From Octopus vulgaris (taxonomy: Eukaryota), in contig OX597820.1 of the NCBI GenBank assembly GCA_951406725.2, forward strand, positions 41,416,001 through 41,480,000: a DNA stretch of 64,000 bases, read 5' to 3'. A program made the position numbers and the translations under genes. This document shows, piece by piece, positions 1-14,224 of the stretch. The notes under the pieces are model-generated. The model ran no database searches, was not told where the DNA came from, and worked only from the letters and a program-made list of their open reading frames with translations. The first letter of the stretch is position 1. The number at the start of each line of letters is the position of its first letter.

Positions 1-398
1 AAATTTGCTTAAAAGAAATTTTTAAAATTTACCAAAAATATTAATAAAAATAAAATATATCTTTCGTTTCAAAGCGAAGTTTTACAAATATAAATCTGTA
101 TTAGACGACTATGTAAACATAAATATAAGGTGTGAAAATAAATTATTTACAGCACAATTGAAGAATGACATGGTGATTGAAAGTCCTAATTTTAGGATGA
201 GAAAATAACAAAAATAGAAAATAAATCGATTGTTTGTTTAATGTTAGCAAGGGAAGAATTATATCCTACATAAATTTCTATATTTTCAAATATCGAAATC
301 GAAGTGTGACTACATATTTGAATAGCGAGGTTGTTATTATTGCTTGTGTTATTTATTAAGTATGTTTTTATTTTCTGAGCAAAGGAAAATATAACGTG

Positions 399-431
<33 letters not shown>

Positions 432-442
432 GTATATTTACA

Positions 443-485
<43 letters not shown>

Positions 486-959
486 ACACACATATATACG
501 TATACGTGTATATGCATATATACATGTACGTAGATAATGATATGGATATACACATATATATGTTCATTTATATGTACAGGTCTTTAAAATGTTTATATAT
601 ATGTATAAATATATATACTTATATATGTGCATATATACAGACAGACACATACAAACACACACTATAGTGTATATATATATATTTATATATTATGTGTATG
701 TATCTGTATGTGTGTTTGCGTGTGAGTACGTACAAGGTTGCAAACTTACTAGAAATATATATCCCTACCTCATGTATTGATTAATATTTCTCTCTTTTGC
801 TAAATAATAACACACACGCATATATTTATGTATATACTTTAGGTTTCTTGTTTCCGATCTCCGGACGGACTGTACCATTTGACTGTTTAACGGTATATCA
901 TAAAAAGCGCTTATAACCTAAAGGAAATAAAATGTACAGTTTAAATGCTTGCCTTTATT

Positions 960-1390
960 TGAAAAATAGCGAGTTTCCGGTTAGGATATGGATCATAAGT
1001 TTATTTAAAAGGATATATAATATCAACAAAAAGTGATTGAATTACCTACTAATATCCCACCACACAATAAGAGTATACCAGATTTAGATGGGTTATCTGA
1101 GAATGAATTCAAGACTAGTTTCTACCAATATTTTCATTCATTCTTGAACCAGATAAAATATTTACAAACCTCTAGAAGTACAACTGGTTTTTAAAAGACA
1201 CAATCCAACATCATTTAAAATCCAATAGCCTAAACTTGAACATACTTTCCCATAACAATATGATAACTGCTTTTGTTGGGATTTATGTTGTCAATTATTA
1301 CTCCGTAAAACGTTATTCAATTTATTTCTAGACATTTACAGCTTAACCGACATTTAAGATTGTTGTAGACAAGCTTGAAAATACTTTAAA
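960..1390 (+). pseudogene. Degenerate Penelope-like retroelement, GIY-YIG endonuclease C-terminal relic
   Basis: ~1090-1143 translates GLSENEFKTSFYQYFHSF (cf. PLE 'YIGLTENxFKxRxxxHxxSF'); ~1361-1385 reads CCRQA*KY (cf. terminal 'CRHxxKY/F'); many stops and frameshifts. Confidence 0.5.
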
Positions 1391-1929
1391 ACTATGTATC
1401 CCCGAACGCATGACTTCAGAATTCTGAACATTAACAACTATATGGATCTTATCACTATGTTCTTTAAAAAAGTTGATTTATGGTTTTAAGGATGTTTCAA
1501 ATTTTTTGATAGTTTTCTTACACAATTAAAGTTTTTTTTCACACACCAATTTTTGTCTATATTTTCGCAAATATATAGGCGTATCTCATTCCTTTTTATA
1601 TTTTTCACATATATATCTACATTGTTTGGCATAACCTTATCTTATCTCCTGTAACTGCCATTTGAATTTTTTACACACATGCATTAGTAACATTTTATAT
1701 ATATTTTTATTTTATATTACTTATTATTTCTTGCATTTTCCCACGCACACGTTTTTCATAACATTTTATGTTTGTTCATATAAATATTTATGTCGTTTTT
1801 ATAACATCATCTCTCTTCTAACAGGTAACCCTTTCCCTATTTTTTGAAATGATGATTAAATTATCAATCAATAGGATCCTTCTGTTTCATTTTATCCATT
1901 CCGCACTTATTATGGTATTTAAACACATC

Positions 1930-1977
<48 letters not shown>

Positions 1978-2034
1978 GAGGAAGTTTATTCTTGCTAAGC
2001 TGATTCAATCTCATAATCTTCCTTTAGTATATCT

Positions 2035-2078
2035 CTGATAAATTAAGGAGGGTACGCTTAGCTTTTTATGAAACCGTC
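2035..2078 (+). ncRNA. Degenerate hammerhead-like motif downstream of the PLE relic
   Basis: CTGATAA...GAAACCGTC; core G8 mutated and helices weak; same strand as and downstream of the GIY-YIG relic. Confidence 0.3.
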
Positions 2079-2383
2079 GAATTACAATAGCTCAAGCTTT
2101 TGTGGATTTCTCATACTTTTATATCTCCTCAAATACATATGTACGACAAATATATCCACTACATTTACAATATGTGCCACAACGGAGAGCTCTTACTCAT
2201 TCGCTTGCATGGGTAGAAAAAAGAACCCAGTGTCCCTCAAATCATACCATTATGTCTTACTGAAAAAGGAACACGTTGAGCAGTCTTCTTCGATTCATAA
2301 AAAAATACGGGATAACCGATGCCGGAATTGAACTGAATACAGGTCTACTCAATTAAGTATAATCTGGATCTCATATCCACTTA

Positions 2384-2423
2384 TCACAACAACAACGACG
2401 ACGACGATCATCACCACCACCAC

Positions 2424-2454
<31 letters not shown>

Positions 2455-2568
2455 AAGAAGAAGAAGAAGAAGAAGAAGAAGAAGAAGAAGAAGAAGAAGA
2501 AGAACAACAACAACAGCAACAACAATAACAACAACAACAACAGCAACAACAATAACAACAACAACACC
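2384..2568. repeat. Compound trinucleotide microsatellite (ACA/ACG/CAC/AAG/AAC)n
   Basis: Directly visible. Confidence 0.95.
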
Positions 2569-3244
2569 ATCTTTTGTGCGTTCACTTTATTAGCTGGAAA
2601 TAGCTTTGAAATCCCCTTTAAATCACCCTTTAGTGTCTTAAATGTGGAGCCACTAGATGATATTGTCTCTGATGTAAAAATAAAATTAATAAAATAATTA
2701 AATAAATATAATAAATATAATAAAATAAGGGACAGGACGTTCATGGTTAGAACGTCTATGATCCTATGTCATGTCGGTTATAGTTAATCTGGCGTTAAAC
2801 ATTGTATCTTCTGATGTAATTTCATTAGATATGTTTATCATTTAATCATTTATAAAGTACTTTTCAACTTATTCTTAATTGTTTTCTTTGCTCTGTATTT
2901 CATTCTTCATTTTTGTTCTCTTTTCATTCCCTCAACTCTTTTTCTCCAAACCCATTTCTCTTCGTCTATCTTTTGGTTTTTCTCATTTTTAGTTGTCAAA
3001 CTCGCCTTCTTTCTACTCCATATTTCTTTATATTTTTCGTTTTTTTTTGTTTTCTTTTTGTTTTGTTTTTTTCACGGTTCATTTCTTTAACTCTCCTTCT
3101 TTCCCTCTTTGTCGATCTCTCTTCGTATTTCATAATTTTCTTAAGGTTACCATTCTCTTCCTCGGTTTCTAACTCACCTTTCTCGCATTGTCATCACCTT
3201 TCCATACTGCCGCCTCTTTCTTTTTGCCACGGTCCCTTTATCTA

Positions 3245-3314
<70 letters not shown>

Positions 3315-3599
3315 ACTGTCCATTACGCGCATTGTAATTACTGACACTATCGTCTCTCCTTCTTAGACTTCCCTGTTCCTCCTCTTTTTACTGCTACGCA
3401 TATTTCTAGCTCCCTTCATTTCTACTCTCTCTTTATAACTTCGTCTTTCTAACGTTGCCTTCTTATTTCCATCATGTATAAGTTTTACACTATTTCGTCT
3501 CTATTTTGCTTCTAATTTTTCTAGTCGCATTCTCCTTCGCTCATCTCTAGCCTCGCCACATTTAGTGTTCCTCTTTCTGTGAGTTTATGTTTTTACTAA

Positions 3600-3624
3600 G
3601 TTGTTTTCGGTTCTTCTTTCCTTC

Positions 3625-3663
<39 letters not shown>

Positions 3664-3786
3664 TCCTTTTCTTTCTTTCTTTCTTTCTTTCCGTCATTTC
3701 TGTGTGTTTGCTTGTTTGTTTGTTTCCTTCTTCCTTCCTTTCTCTATGGCCTTCTTTCATTCGTTTCTACCTTCTTTCTTTCTTTT

Positions 3787-3844
<58 letters not shown>

Positions 3845-4030
3845 CTTCTTCTTTATTTCTGTCTTTTTTCTTCCTTTCTATCTTCCTTTCTCTTCTTCCA
3901 TTCTTTATTTCTTTTCTTCTTTCTTTCTTACTTTCTTTCCTTTTTTCTTTCCTTCTTTCATTCTTCTTTTCCTTTTCTTCCTTTCTTTCATTCTTTCATT
4001 CATTCATTCTTGTTTTCATTTCCCGTTTTC
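3600..4030. repeat. Polypyrimidine (CTTT)n-type tract
   Basis: Directly visible; source of F/L/S-rich ORFs. Confidence 0.9.
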
Positions 4031-4195
4031 TTCTATCTTAACTATCACTTATTTTGTATACATTTTACTTAATACTTGTCTTCTATGTGTTTCCTTCTAT
4101 TCACTTACTAAATTATCTGTCTGACTCTCTGTCTGCGTCTCTGTCTGTCTCCCTACTTCTCTCGCTCTCTCTCTCTCTCTGTATATATATATATA

Positions 4196-4278
<83 letters not shown>

Positions 4279-4325
4279 AATTCGGTATGTGGTAAGGCAA
4301 TTCGTTGCTGAACCCTTATTGCTTA

Positions 4326-4368
<43 letters not shown>

Positions 4369-5161
4369 TACATATATATACTCATGCACTTCTATGATAC
4401 TGCCTGCTGTCAGCATTTCATTTTCATTCTTTTTCCTTCATAGCCTCTTTCAGTTATTCGTTTCCTTTCTCAGTTCCTTCTCTCGATGTCCTCTCTTTCT
4501 GCCTTCTTCTTTTCTGTTCCATTCTTTCACTCCTGTCTTATTTTGGTTCTGTTAGGCCTCACCTATATTAGTTTTATATGTTTTCATGCTTTCATTTTAA
4601 TTTTTGCCTTTTGCTGTTGATGCTGTTGTTATTGTTGTTAATGTTGTTAACGTTGTATGAGTATATGTAATTCTTTCTACTTTGAATCGGGAGGGGAAAA
4701 AAAAAAACGAAAAATGAAAAACGAGAAAAGAAAAAAAAGTCACTCCTAAAGTTAAAGAAAAAGTGAACTAAACAATAAGATCAATAAACTAGGAAAGCGA
4801 ACATCGTCCGAGAGTCCTGCTTTCTCTTCCATTCATCTTCTTTGCTAAAGTTAAACGTATTTCATTTCCTTGTCTGCAGGGTCATGTTAGTACGGAAAAA
4901 AGAAACAATAACAACAAGACGACGACAGCAGCAAAAGTAACAATTAAAAAAAAAAACAAACAGAAAGCAAACAAACAAATAATAATAATAATATGAAGGT
5001 TGTAGAAGAAAAAGACAATATATAAATAAACATTTTAAAAGTAAAAGAATATAAGAATAAGTAACCAAAAAAAAAAGAGAAGGTTTTAAAAAGAAATAAA
5101 TGCAGAAAATATACGAAAATGAAAGAAATACAGAGATACAAACTACAGGCAAAAGAAAGAG

Positions 5162-5162
<1 letters not shown>

Positions 5163-5210
<48 letters not shown>

Positions 5211-5640
5211 GTAATGAGAAGAAGAAGAAGAAGAAGAAGAAGAAGAAGAAGAATGGAGGAGAAGAAGAAAAAGAAGAAGAAAAAGAAGAAGAAGAAGAAG
5301 AAGAAGAAGAAGAAGAAGAAGAAGAAGAAGAAGAAGAAGAAGAAGAATGGAGGAGGAAGAACTGATGAAGATGCAGATGAGGGGGAAAGAAACTAAAAAG
5401 TAAAAATTGATTTGGTGATGATGAAGACGAAAAAGGAGAAGGAAAGATGAAGAATAAATAGAAAGAGAAGCTGAAGAAGCAGATAATGAGAAGAGAAAGT
5501 TAACAGCAAAAATTGATCGTGGTGGTGATGAGGATGATGATGATGAGAAAGAAGAAGGAGAAGGGGAGAAGGAGGAGGAGGAGAAGAAGAAGAAGGAGGG
5601 GGTAGAGGAAGAGGCAGAGGAAGAAAAGAAGAAGATTAAA
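5163..5640. repeat. (TAA)n-(GAA)n-(GAG)n purine-rich compound microsatellite
   Basis: Directly visible. Confidence 0.9.
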
Positions 5641-6223
5641 AAAAAACGTACACAATAAAGTAATACTGAAAGAGTAAAATGAAGAAAAAGATGAGAGAAT
5701 GTATGATGGGCTAAAACAACGGAAAGAAATAATGAATAGATAAAGGGGAAAAAATGGGGGGAAAAAAAAAGGAAGAGACAATAACGAAAACACACAAGCA
5801 GAGACGAGTGTGCGTGCGCTGGTGAGCTTGTAATGGCGTTTGCTGACAACCATGTTGTCTTCCAAGAAGTTCTTAAAGCGGAAACGAGGCCGTAGGAAAT
5901 TAGGAGACATGTCATTGGTTTCGAATCGTATCGAATTCAGTAATCAATATATTGATGGGATATAGTGATGAGTATTTGTTGGAATTATTTTTTTAAAAGA
6001 AAATATATATATATATATATTAAAATAAATAAAAATCAATTTTGAACGTAAAATATCGGCAAAATTTATCCATTCAGCCATATATGTATGATTCATCAAT
6101 GTCTGTTGTTGTTGTCGGTTGTTGTTGTTGTTGTTGTTGTTGGTGTTGTACACTACAAGTGAATACAAAGTTGTTTATATGATATCTATTTTCTGAATGC
6201 TTGAATGGAACATTTTTAAAAAA

Positions 6224-6638
<415 letters not shown>

Positions 6639-7354
6639 TAATGCAGATGTACTCTCACAAACACATATTCGGAAATATTGATGTTTGTCTAGTGAAGATG
6701 GCACAATGTGTTGACATATTTGTAATATTTTGTGAATGACAATTTGAGGTACGTTGATCTGAACTTAACATTTTTGAGTTCAAATCCTTTGAAGGTGATC
6801 AAGATTGAGTAGACTCACAGAGGCTTGATAAATAATTGATATCATCGAATGATATGTCTATATCCATCATTCTCTCCCATCCCGATTCAGGCGCGAGCGC
6901 CCGCGCGCGTGTGTGTGTGTGTGGGGGGGTGCACATGCTTTCTAATTCAACCACCTTATAATCATCCATGAATAATGGTGGCTCAATGGACCTATTCAAA
7001 TGGTCTATTGAAATAGTTTATTGTCATCACGTACTCAATTACACACGCACACACATACATGCACATGCACGCATACATTGCCACATGCTACATGCTACAT
7101 ACACACATATATATATATATGTGTATATATATGAGTGTGTGTACATATATGCGTGCTCACGCACACAGACATAAGCACAGACACACACACACATGCACAT
7201 AAGTATTTAGATGCGATATGGGAAAACTTTTTCTATACTTCTTATCTATTTTTCTATTCATATTTGCGTGAATATGTGTGTGTGTGAGAATGTGTGTGCA
7301 TGTGTGTGCATGTGTGTGCGTGTGTATGTGTTTACACGTGCTGCCGCATAAGCA

Positions 7355-7426
<72 letters not shown>

Positions 7427-7451
7427 TGTATGTATGTATGTATGTATGTAT

Positions 7452-7686
7452 GTGGAGGCGCGTGGCTTAGTGGTTAGGGTGTCAACATCATGATCGTAAG
7501 GTTGTGGTTTCGATTCCTGGACCAGGTGATGCGTTGTGTTCTTGAGCAAAACACTTCATTTCACGTTGCTCCAGTCTGGCAAAAATGAGTAACGCTGCGA
7601 TGGACTGGCGTCCCGTCCAGCTGGGGAACACATACATTGAAACCAGACCCCTGAGCCTGACTAGGCATTAAAAGGGCGCAAAAAAA
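7452..7686 (+). mobile_element. tRNA-derived SINE (family B)
   Basis: Pol III A-box-like GTGGCTTAGTGG and B-box-like GGTTTCGATTCC head; body with GCGATGGACTGGCGTCCCGTCCAG; A-rich tail; sits in (TATG)n. Confidence 0.75.
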
Positions 7687-8034
7687 TATATGTATGTATG
7701 TATGCATGTATGTATATGTGTGTGTGTGTGTGTGTGTCAAATCTTTAATCTTTATCTCCTATTAATTACAGTCATTGGACTGCAGCCACTTGACACTTAT
7801 TCTATCGCTCAACTGTGCTGAAACAGTATGTTACGAAGAACTAAACAAACCAGTGCCAGTTGACGAGGGATGCTTGGAACAAAGCCGAAGACACATATAC
7901 AATGAGCTTTCTTCTGTGCCTTTGTGGTTGGTTTGGGGTTATAGTAGTACACACTTATTCAAGTACCTAGGCACTTAAACTGAACGCATAGCTGTATGTT
8001 TCTGAAGCACCAGCAGCCACTCTGTAGATCTATA

Positions 8035-8170
8035 CATTAATTTCCGCTGAGGTCGACTTTACCTTTCATCTTTTCGGGGTCGAAATAATAAGTACCAGTT
8101 GAGCACTGGAGTCGATGTAATGCACTAGTCCCCTCCTCCGAATTTCCTGGTCTTGCGCCAAAATTTGGAA
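8035..8170 (+). mobile_element. SINE family E fragment
   Basis: TTCCGCTGAGGTCGACTTTACCTTTCATC...AAGTACCAGTTGAGCACTGG matches the copies at 18105, 39968 and 41436. Confidence 0.7.
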
Positions 8171-8231
8171 TCTATATATCTACATACTGACATACATGAA
8201 TACATAAGTCCTCACCCCCATATTTATAAAA

Positions 8232-8303
<72 letters not shown>

Positions 8304-8308
8304 GTCAG

Positions 8309-8442
<134 letters not shown>

Positions 8443-9578
8443 TGACATACATGCATACACAAGCCCTCACAAGTCCTTTATAAAAGCACATATATATATA
8501 TATGTGTGTGTGTGTGCGTGTGTGTATATCGATATGTATATGCGAATACATTGAGTTACCTGTGCGCATACATATGGATACATATAAACATATTAGCTAT
8601 AAGGAAAAGAATTTCGAAAAATAAAGCTGAAGAGAATGATAGAAGGAAGTGAGAAAGAAAATAGGTAAAGTAAGAAATATGTAGAAAATGATAGAATTGA
8701 ATGACTGAAGAACTAAGGAAAGAAAGAAGGAAGGAAGGAAGGAAGGGTGAGAATATAAACAGAAAAATTATGAACGAAAGAAAAGAAGGAAAGATAAAGT
8801 AAAAAAAAATGGAGAATATAAAGATTGGAACAAAGAAACAGAAAGAAAAAGAAAGAAGGAAAGTGAAAGAAACAAAGAAAGAAAGAAAGATATACGCTGA
8901 ATAGTAGAATCATTATCAGTTTGCTGAAGCCAGTATCTTCTTCACCTTCACCATCGACTAGCCATATATGGAGAGCTGCTAAATTGTTTAGCTTCCAGAA
9001 TGTTCTTCAATATTCGGAACCTATTTTCTTGAACTTTTGCCACCTCGATCGAGGTGATATGACACTGTTCATCTTTGAAATTATCCCTTGCATCATCTGC
9101 GTTCACAGTCCGCTATTCATTTCCCCCCATCCATCCCTTTTCCTACCTATCACCTGCCTCTTCACTTCCATACTGATTCAACGTTGCCATATTTTCCCTA
9201 CAAAGCGTAGTCCCCACTTTGGGGATTCAGGTCACGTGAGATAAAGAAAAAAAATCAAATAAATGCAAAAAAAAAAATGATACGTACACACCTCTCACAA
9301 GCATCGTAGTACATGAAATGTGTGTATGAGAGAAATAGACAGAAAGAGAGGGAGAGAGAGATAGGAGAGAGAGATAGGAGAGAGAGAAAAGAGAGAGATA
9401 GTGTATGTATGTGTGAGTGTGTATGTGTGTGTGTGTGGCTCTGCGTGCGTATGTATGTGTGGATATCAATGTGTACATACAAACGTACGGCCAATTTGCT
9501 CTAGCAGAAACATATATAGACAAACCTAAAAGCACAACTCAGTAAAATATACCTGAAAGTAAACACACAAAACACACA

Positions 9579-9699
<121 letters not shown>

Positions 9700-9942
9700 T
9701 CACATACTCATATAAACCAAAAGCACCTGACAAGATACGTACCAATTTAGCCAAACATCCATTCTACCTCACGGAAAAAAGAATAATACCAAAAAAAAAT
9801 GTAAGCGTTCAGTGCAATATGCAAATAAAATATATTTACATTTATTTGGAGTGTAATACGTAGAATTCAGTAGGTAAGTCTAATTCGTATAGTTAGATTG
9901 TTGATTTGCATTATACATACCACAATCGTATAATGAAGTAGA

Positions 9943-9943
9943 C

Positions 9944-10023
<80 letters not shown>

Positions 10024-10026
10024 TTG

Positions 10027-10115
<89 letters not shown>

Positions 10116-10138
10116 TTACCTGTCTGTCTATCTATCTC
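9943..10138. repeat. (TCTA)n microsatellite
   Basis: Directly visible. Confidence 0.95.
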
Positions 10139-10189
10139 TGTGTGTACGCACACGCGAGTGTATGTGTGTATGAGTATAACGTCTATCTT

Positions 10190-10577
10190 TAATTTTCTAC
10201 GAGTTTCAGTCATTAGACTGCGGCCATGCTGAGGCACTGCTTTGAAGAAATTGCTACGATCGAAATTGCTACGATGTCACACTGACGTGAACACACCAAA
10301 TTCAGTTATCCAGCGGTGGTGGGGAACAAACACAATGACACACACACGGACACACATACACATACATATATGTATAGATACATCTGTATTTGTGTGTGTG
10401 TGTGTGTGTGTGTATATACGAGAGGCTTCTTTCAGTTTCACTCTACCAATTTCACTTACAAGGCTTTGGTTGATCCGAGATTATAGTAGAAGACACCTGC
10501 CCAAGGTGCCACACAGTGGCACCGAATCCGGAACCATGTAGCCTGGAAGCAAATTTCTTACCCCACAGCCACGCCTA
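10190..10577 (-). mobile_element. tRNA-derived SINE (family D)
   Basis: Reverse-complement similar to 44784-45191 (head GGCGTGGCTGTG...CTTGGGCAGGTGTCTTCTACTATA, tail CAGCATGGCCGCAGTC...ACTGAAAC). Confidence 0.75.
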
Positions 10578-11103
10578 GGGCTACATATTTGTGCGTGTGT
10601 GCGTGTTGTGTGTGTGTGTGTCCATTTATGTGTATGTGTGTGTCCATTTAAGTGTGTGTGTGTATGAGCTTGTGGCTATTTTATTGCATGTGCAGAAGCG
10701 AGATGTCAATTCTAACCTAACGCCTTCACACTGAAAGTCGCGCACATGTATGTGTGTGTGGGGAGGTACATTTCTGCGCGCGACAATACTGAATAGGTAA
10801 GTAGAGGGGTAGGTAGGTAGGTAGATATGTAGGTAGGTAGGTAGGTAGATAGATAGATACATACTTACATGCAAACATACATGCATACATACATGCATAC
10901 ATACATACATACATACATACATACATACATACATACATACATACATACATACATACATACATACATACATACATACATACATGCATACATACATGCATAC
11001 ATACATACATACATACATATATATATACATACGTACATGCATTCATACATACATACATACATACATACATACATACATACATACATACATACATACATAC
11101 ATC

Positions 11104-11475
11104 GTGGCACTCCGTCGGTTACGACGACGTGGGTTCCAGTTTATCCGATCAGCGGAGCAGCCTGCTCGCGAAATTAACGTGCAAGTGACTGAGCGCTCAC
11201 AGACACGAGTACCCTTAACGTAGCTCTCGGGGAGATTCACTGTAACGCAGAATGTGACAAGGCTGGCTCTATAAGATACAGGTACAACAGAAGCAGGAAA
11301 AGTGTGTGAGAGAAAGTTGTGGTGAATCAATACTGCAAGGTTCACCAGCAACCCCTGCCGGAGCTCGTGGAGCTTTAGGTGTTTTCATTGAATAAACACT
11401 CAACACTGGGAATCGAAACCGATATCCTATGACTGCGTGTCCGCTGCCCTAACCAATAGGCCATTGCGACTCCAC
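11104..11475 (-). mobile_element. tRNA-derived SINE (family A)
   Basis: Reverse-complement similar to the full-length copy at 22354-22744. Confidence 0.8.
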
Positions 11476-11646
11476 ACATACACTTTTTTTTTGTTATGCA
11501 AACCTATATTTTTGTATGTGCCTGAGTTTTATATCTGGTTCATGTGGGGTTAGGAAGCTGTGCTGATGACGATCATTGAGGTAAAATTCGTACTCTTAGA
11601 TGCCTTGTCTCCACTGGCAACTTTAAATGAGATATTGCTATTGCTA

Positions 11647-11710
<64 letters not shown>

Positions 11711-12799
11711 TGTGTGCGTGTGTGTGCAGTGAAAGATTGGCAACAAATACGTCACGGACAAGCAAAACGATGTTCAGAACACACCAAATGATATTTTTAT
11801 AGGTTGCATCTTAATATAAATAATTCATAAGAAAAACAATGAATGCCAAGAAATATATCTTAGTTGTATTTCGGGACTTTAAAAGTCTTCTTTTCTCTTT
11901 TTTTTTTTAATGAAAGCTTTTTAAGACCACGTTTTGACGGCGAGAATTATTTAACACTTCCCATTCGTTAATACATTTACAGGAAAATTTTGTTTATTTA
12001 TTCATAAAAGAATGTTCAGTGTAAATGCATTTAAATTCATTAATTGGAAATTGCTGAGAGTTCAATTAAATCAAACCGTAGCATCTTAGTTTTTCAGACT
12101 CCCTGAGAAATGTATAAATGAGTAAACAAGAAAACACGAATTATTTGTATATAAACAAACCTACACTGCCATGCAAACATATAAATACAAGAGGATTCTT
12201 TCATGTGAAAAAATCAGGACCAGCATTCTAAAATTTGATACAGAAAAGGGATTGTAATTAATGAGTTTAGATATATGTAGACATCCCTCTAAAATGCAAT
12301 CATTTAGTGAAGCTATATTTAACAGCAAAGTATATAATTTCAGTAAGGTCAAAATGACTCAAATTTTCTGTTGATATTCCTCAGACCATTTGCTTGTAAC
12401 AAATTCAACATGAAACCTTAACATACGACTGGTAATCAAAACTGTACGTCTGGTATAGCTAACACATTTTCTAACCGGATATAATTATAGAGACAATACA
12501 TATAAATACTTTCTTTTAAGAAGAATCCCTCTAACTATGTAATGGGTGTACTTTGTAACTGTACAATATAGTATTGATGAACGCTACAATATATGAACTG
12601 AATTCAAATTGATCATCAACGACGATACGTTTTAAAGGAGTAAAGGACCCAGAGACAATGAAGTGGTAAGATATAAAAATACTAATGCGATGTAAAAAAA
12701 AAAAAAAAGCGTAGTAGGTTCTAATCTTAGTGGTGGTGGCAGATGCGGAGGCATCACCAGTGGTGTTGATAATGGTGAATGGTGAAACACATGCAGACA

Positions 12800-13047
12800 C
12801 GCTCGCACCAGTCTTTTCCTTTGTTCCTTTCCCTTTTTTTCTTTTTTTCTTTTCCTTTTTTTTTGTTCTTTTTTTCCCTTTTACGATCCCTTTTGATCGA
12901 AAACCTACGCCACCCTTTTTTGTGTTTTTTTTATTCTTTTGTTTTTTTTGTTTTTTGTTGTTGTTTTTTCATCCCCCCAAAAGAAAAGCTCTACCTTGTA
13001 ACTTGTCCCATCTGTGTGCAGCCCTGTGTGGCCAATAAAGAAACTTA
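12800..13047 (+). mobile_element. 3' end of a non-LTR retroelement (family F)
   Basis: CCCTTTTACGATCCCTTTTGATCGAAAA...CATCCCCCAAAAGAAAAGCTCTACCTTGTAACTTGTCCCATCTGTGTGCAGCCCTGTGTGGCCAATAAAGAAACTT, nearly identical to copies at 25489-25806 and 33110-33306; common 3' end after AATAAA. Confidence 0.7.
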
Positions 13048-13390
13048 AAGTAGATGAAAGAATGAGAGAATGAAATAAATAAAGATGTAGTGATGTTAAA
13101 CAGCCTTATACTTCTTAGGATACTTTAACTCATTTTCGATCTCTCCCATTTGTATTTTTCTCCGTTTACAATTACTAAGACCAATATTATCACCATTGAC
13201 TCACTCAGCACCACTACTATAACAAATAACGCCGCTGTCTCCGCCACCAGCACTACCATAACATGTACAATTTTCCTTCCTATTATTTGAGTTATTTCCC
13301 TTAGAGTTAAACATATTTCGTAATGGCAGGAACGCGAGCAATGATACATATTTATATACATGCATACGCTTGTCTATCTGTTATTGTTTC

Positions 13391-13437
<47 letters not shown>

Positions 13438-13460
13438 CTCTCTTTATCTATCTCTCTATT

Positions 13461-13491
<31 letters not shown>

Positions 13492-13524
13492 TTCACTCTC
13501 TCTCTCTCTCTCTCTCTCTGTATG

Positions 13525-13567
<43 letters not shown>

Positions 13568-14189
13568 TATACGTTATATATGTATGTGTATGAATATACA
13601 TATGTGTATATATATATATATGTGTGCGTGTGTGTGCGTGTGTGTGTGGTCAAGGTTTATACCTTTATGTTTGTATGCATAAAATTTCACATATTCAGAA
13701 TTTATCTTGCCACAGATGTTCACTCATAAACATGCGCTTGCATGCACGCACATATGCGGTACGCGCACATCCCAAACATATGTTTGCACACATACCCACA
13801 CATATATGCTGTGCAATATGCTGTCATACATGCATGTATATGGCGTCACACGCACAGATACAAAAACAAGCAAACACATACGCATACATATAACAGCAGC
13901 AAACATAAATGGAAACCTTTGTAAATAGGATGTTTTTATCTCCGATTGCAGCGACTGGATTTAGGCGGTAAGTCCTAGCACGTAACATTAATCCTTGATC
14001 CATATACGGATTAAGCGAGGGAGCATATGGATTCACTGATTAATTTAATCGACTCATAATCTCTGTCATATAGATTTCTTGTATGTTTGTTCAATTCCTA
14101 CACAAACACATATACCCATACACATACAGATTCGTTTAGATATACATTCACATACATACAAACATGCATTTGCACTTATCTACAAACAT

Positions 14190-14224
<35 letters not shown>

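Noticed and set aside
1-345. Possible PLE coding relic on the minus strand (IYVGYNSSLANIKQTI)
   Set aside because: Single weak motif in very AT-rich sequence; not enough to call.
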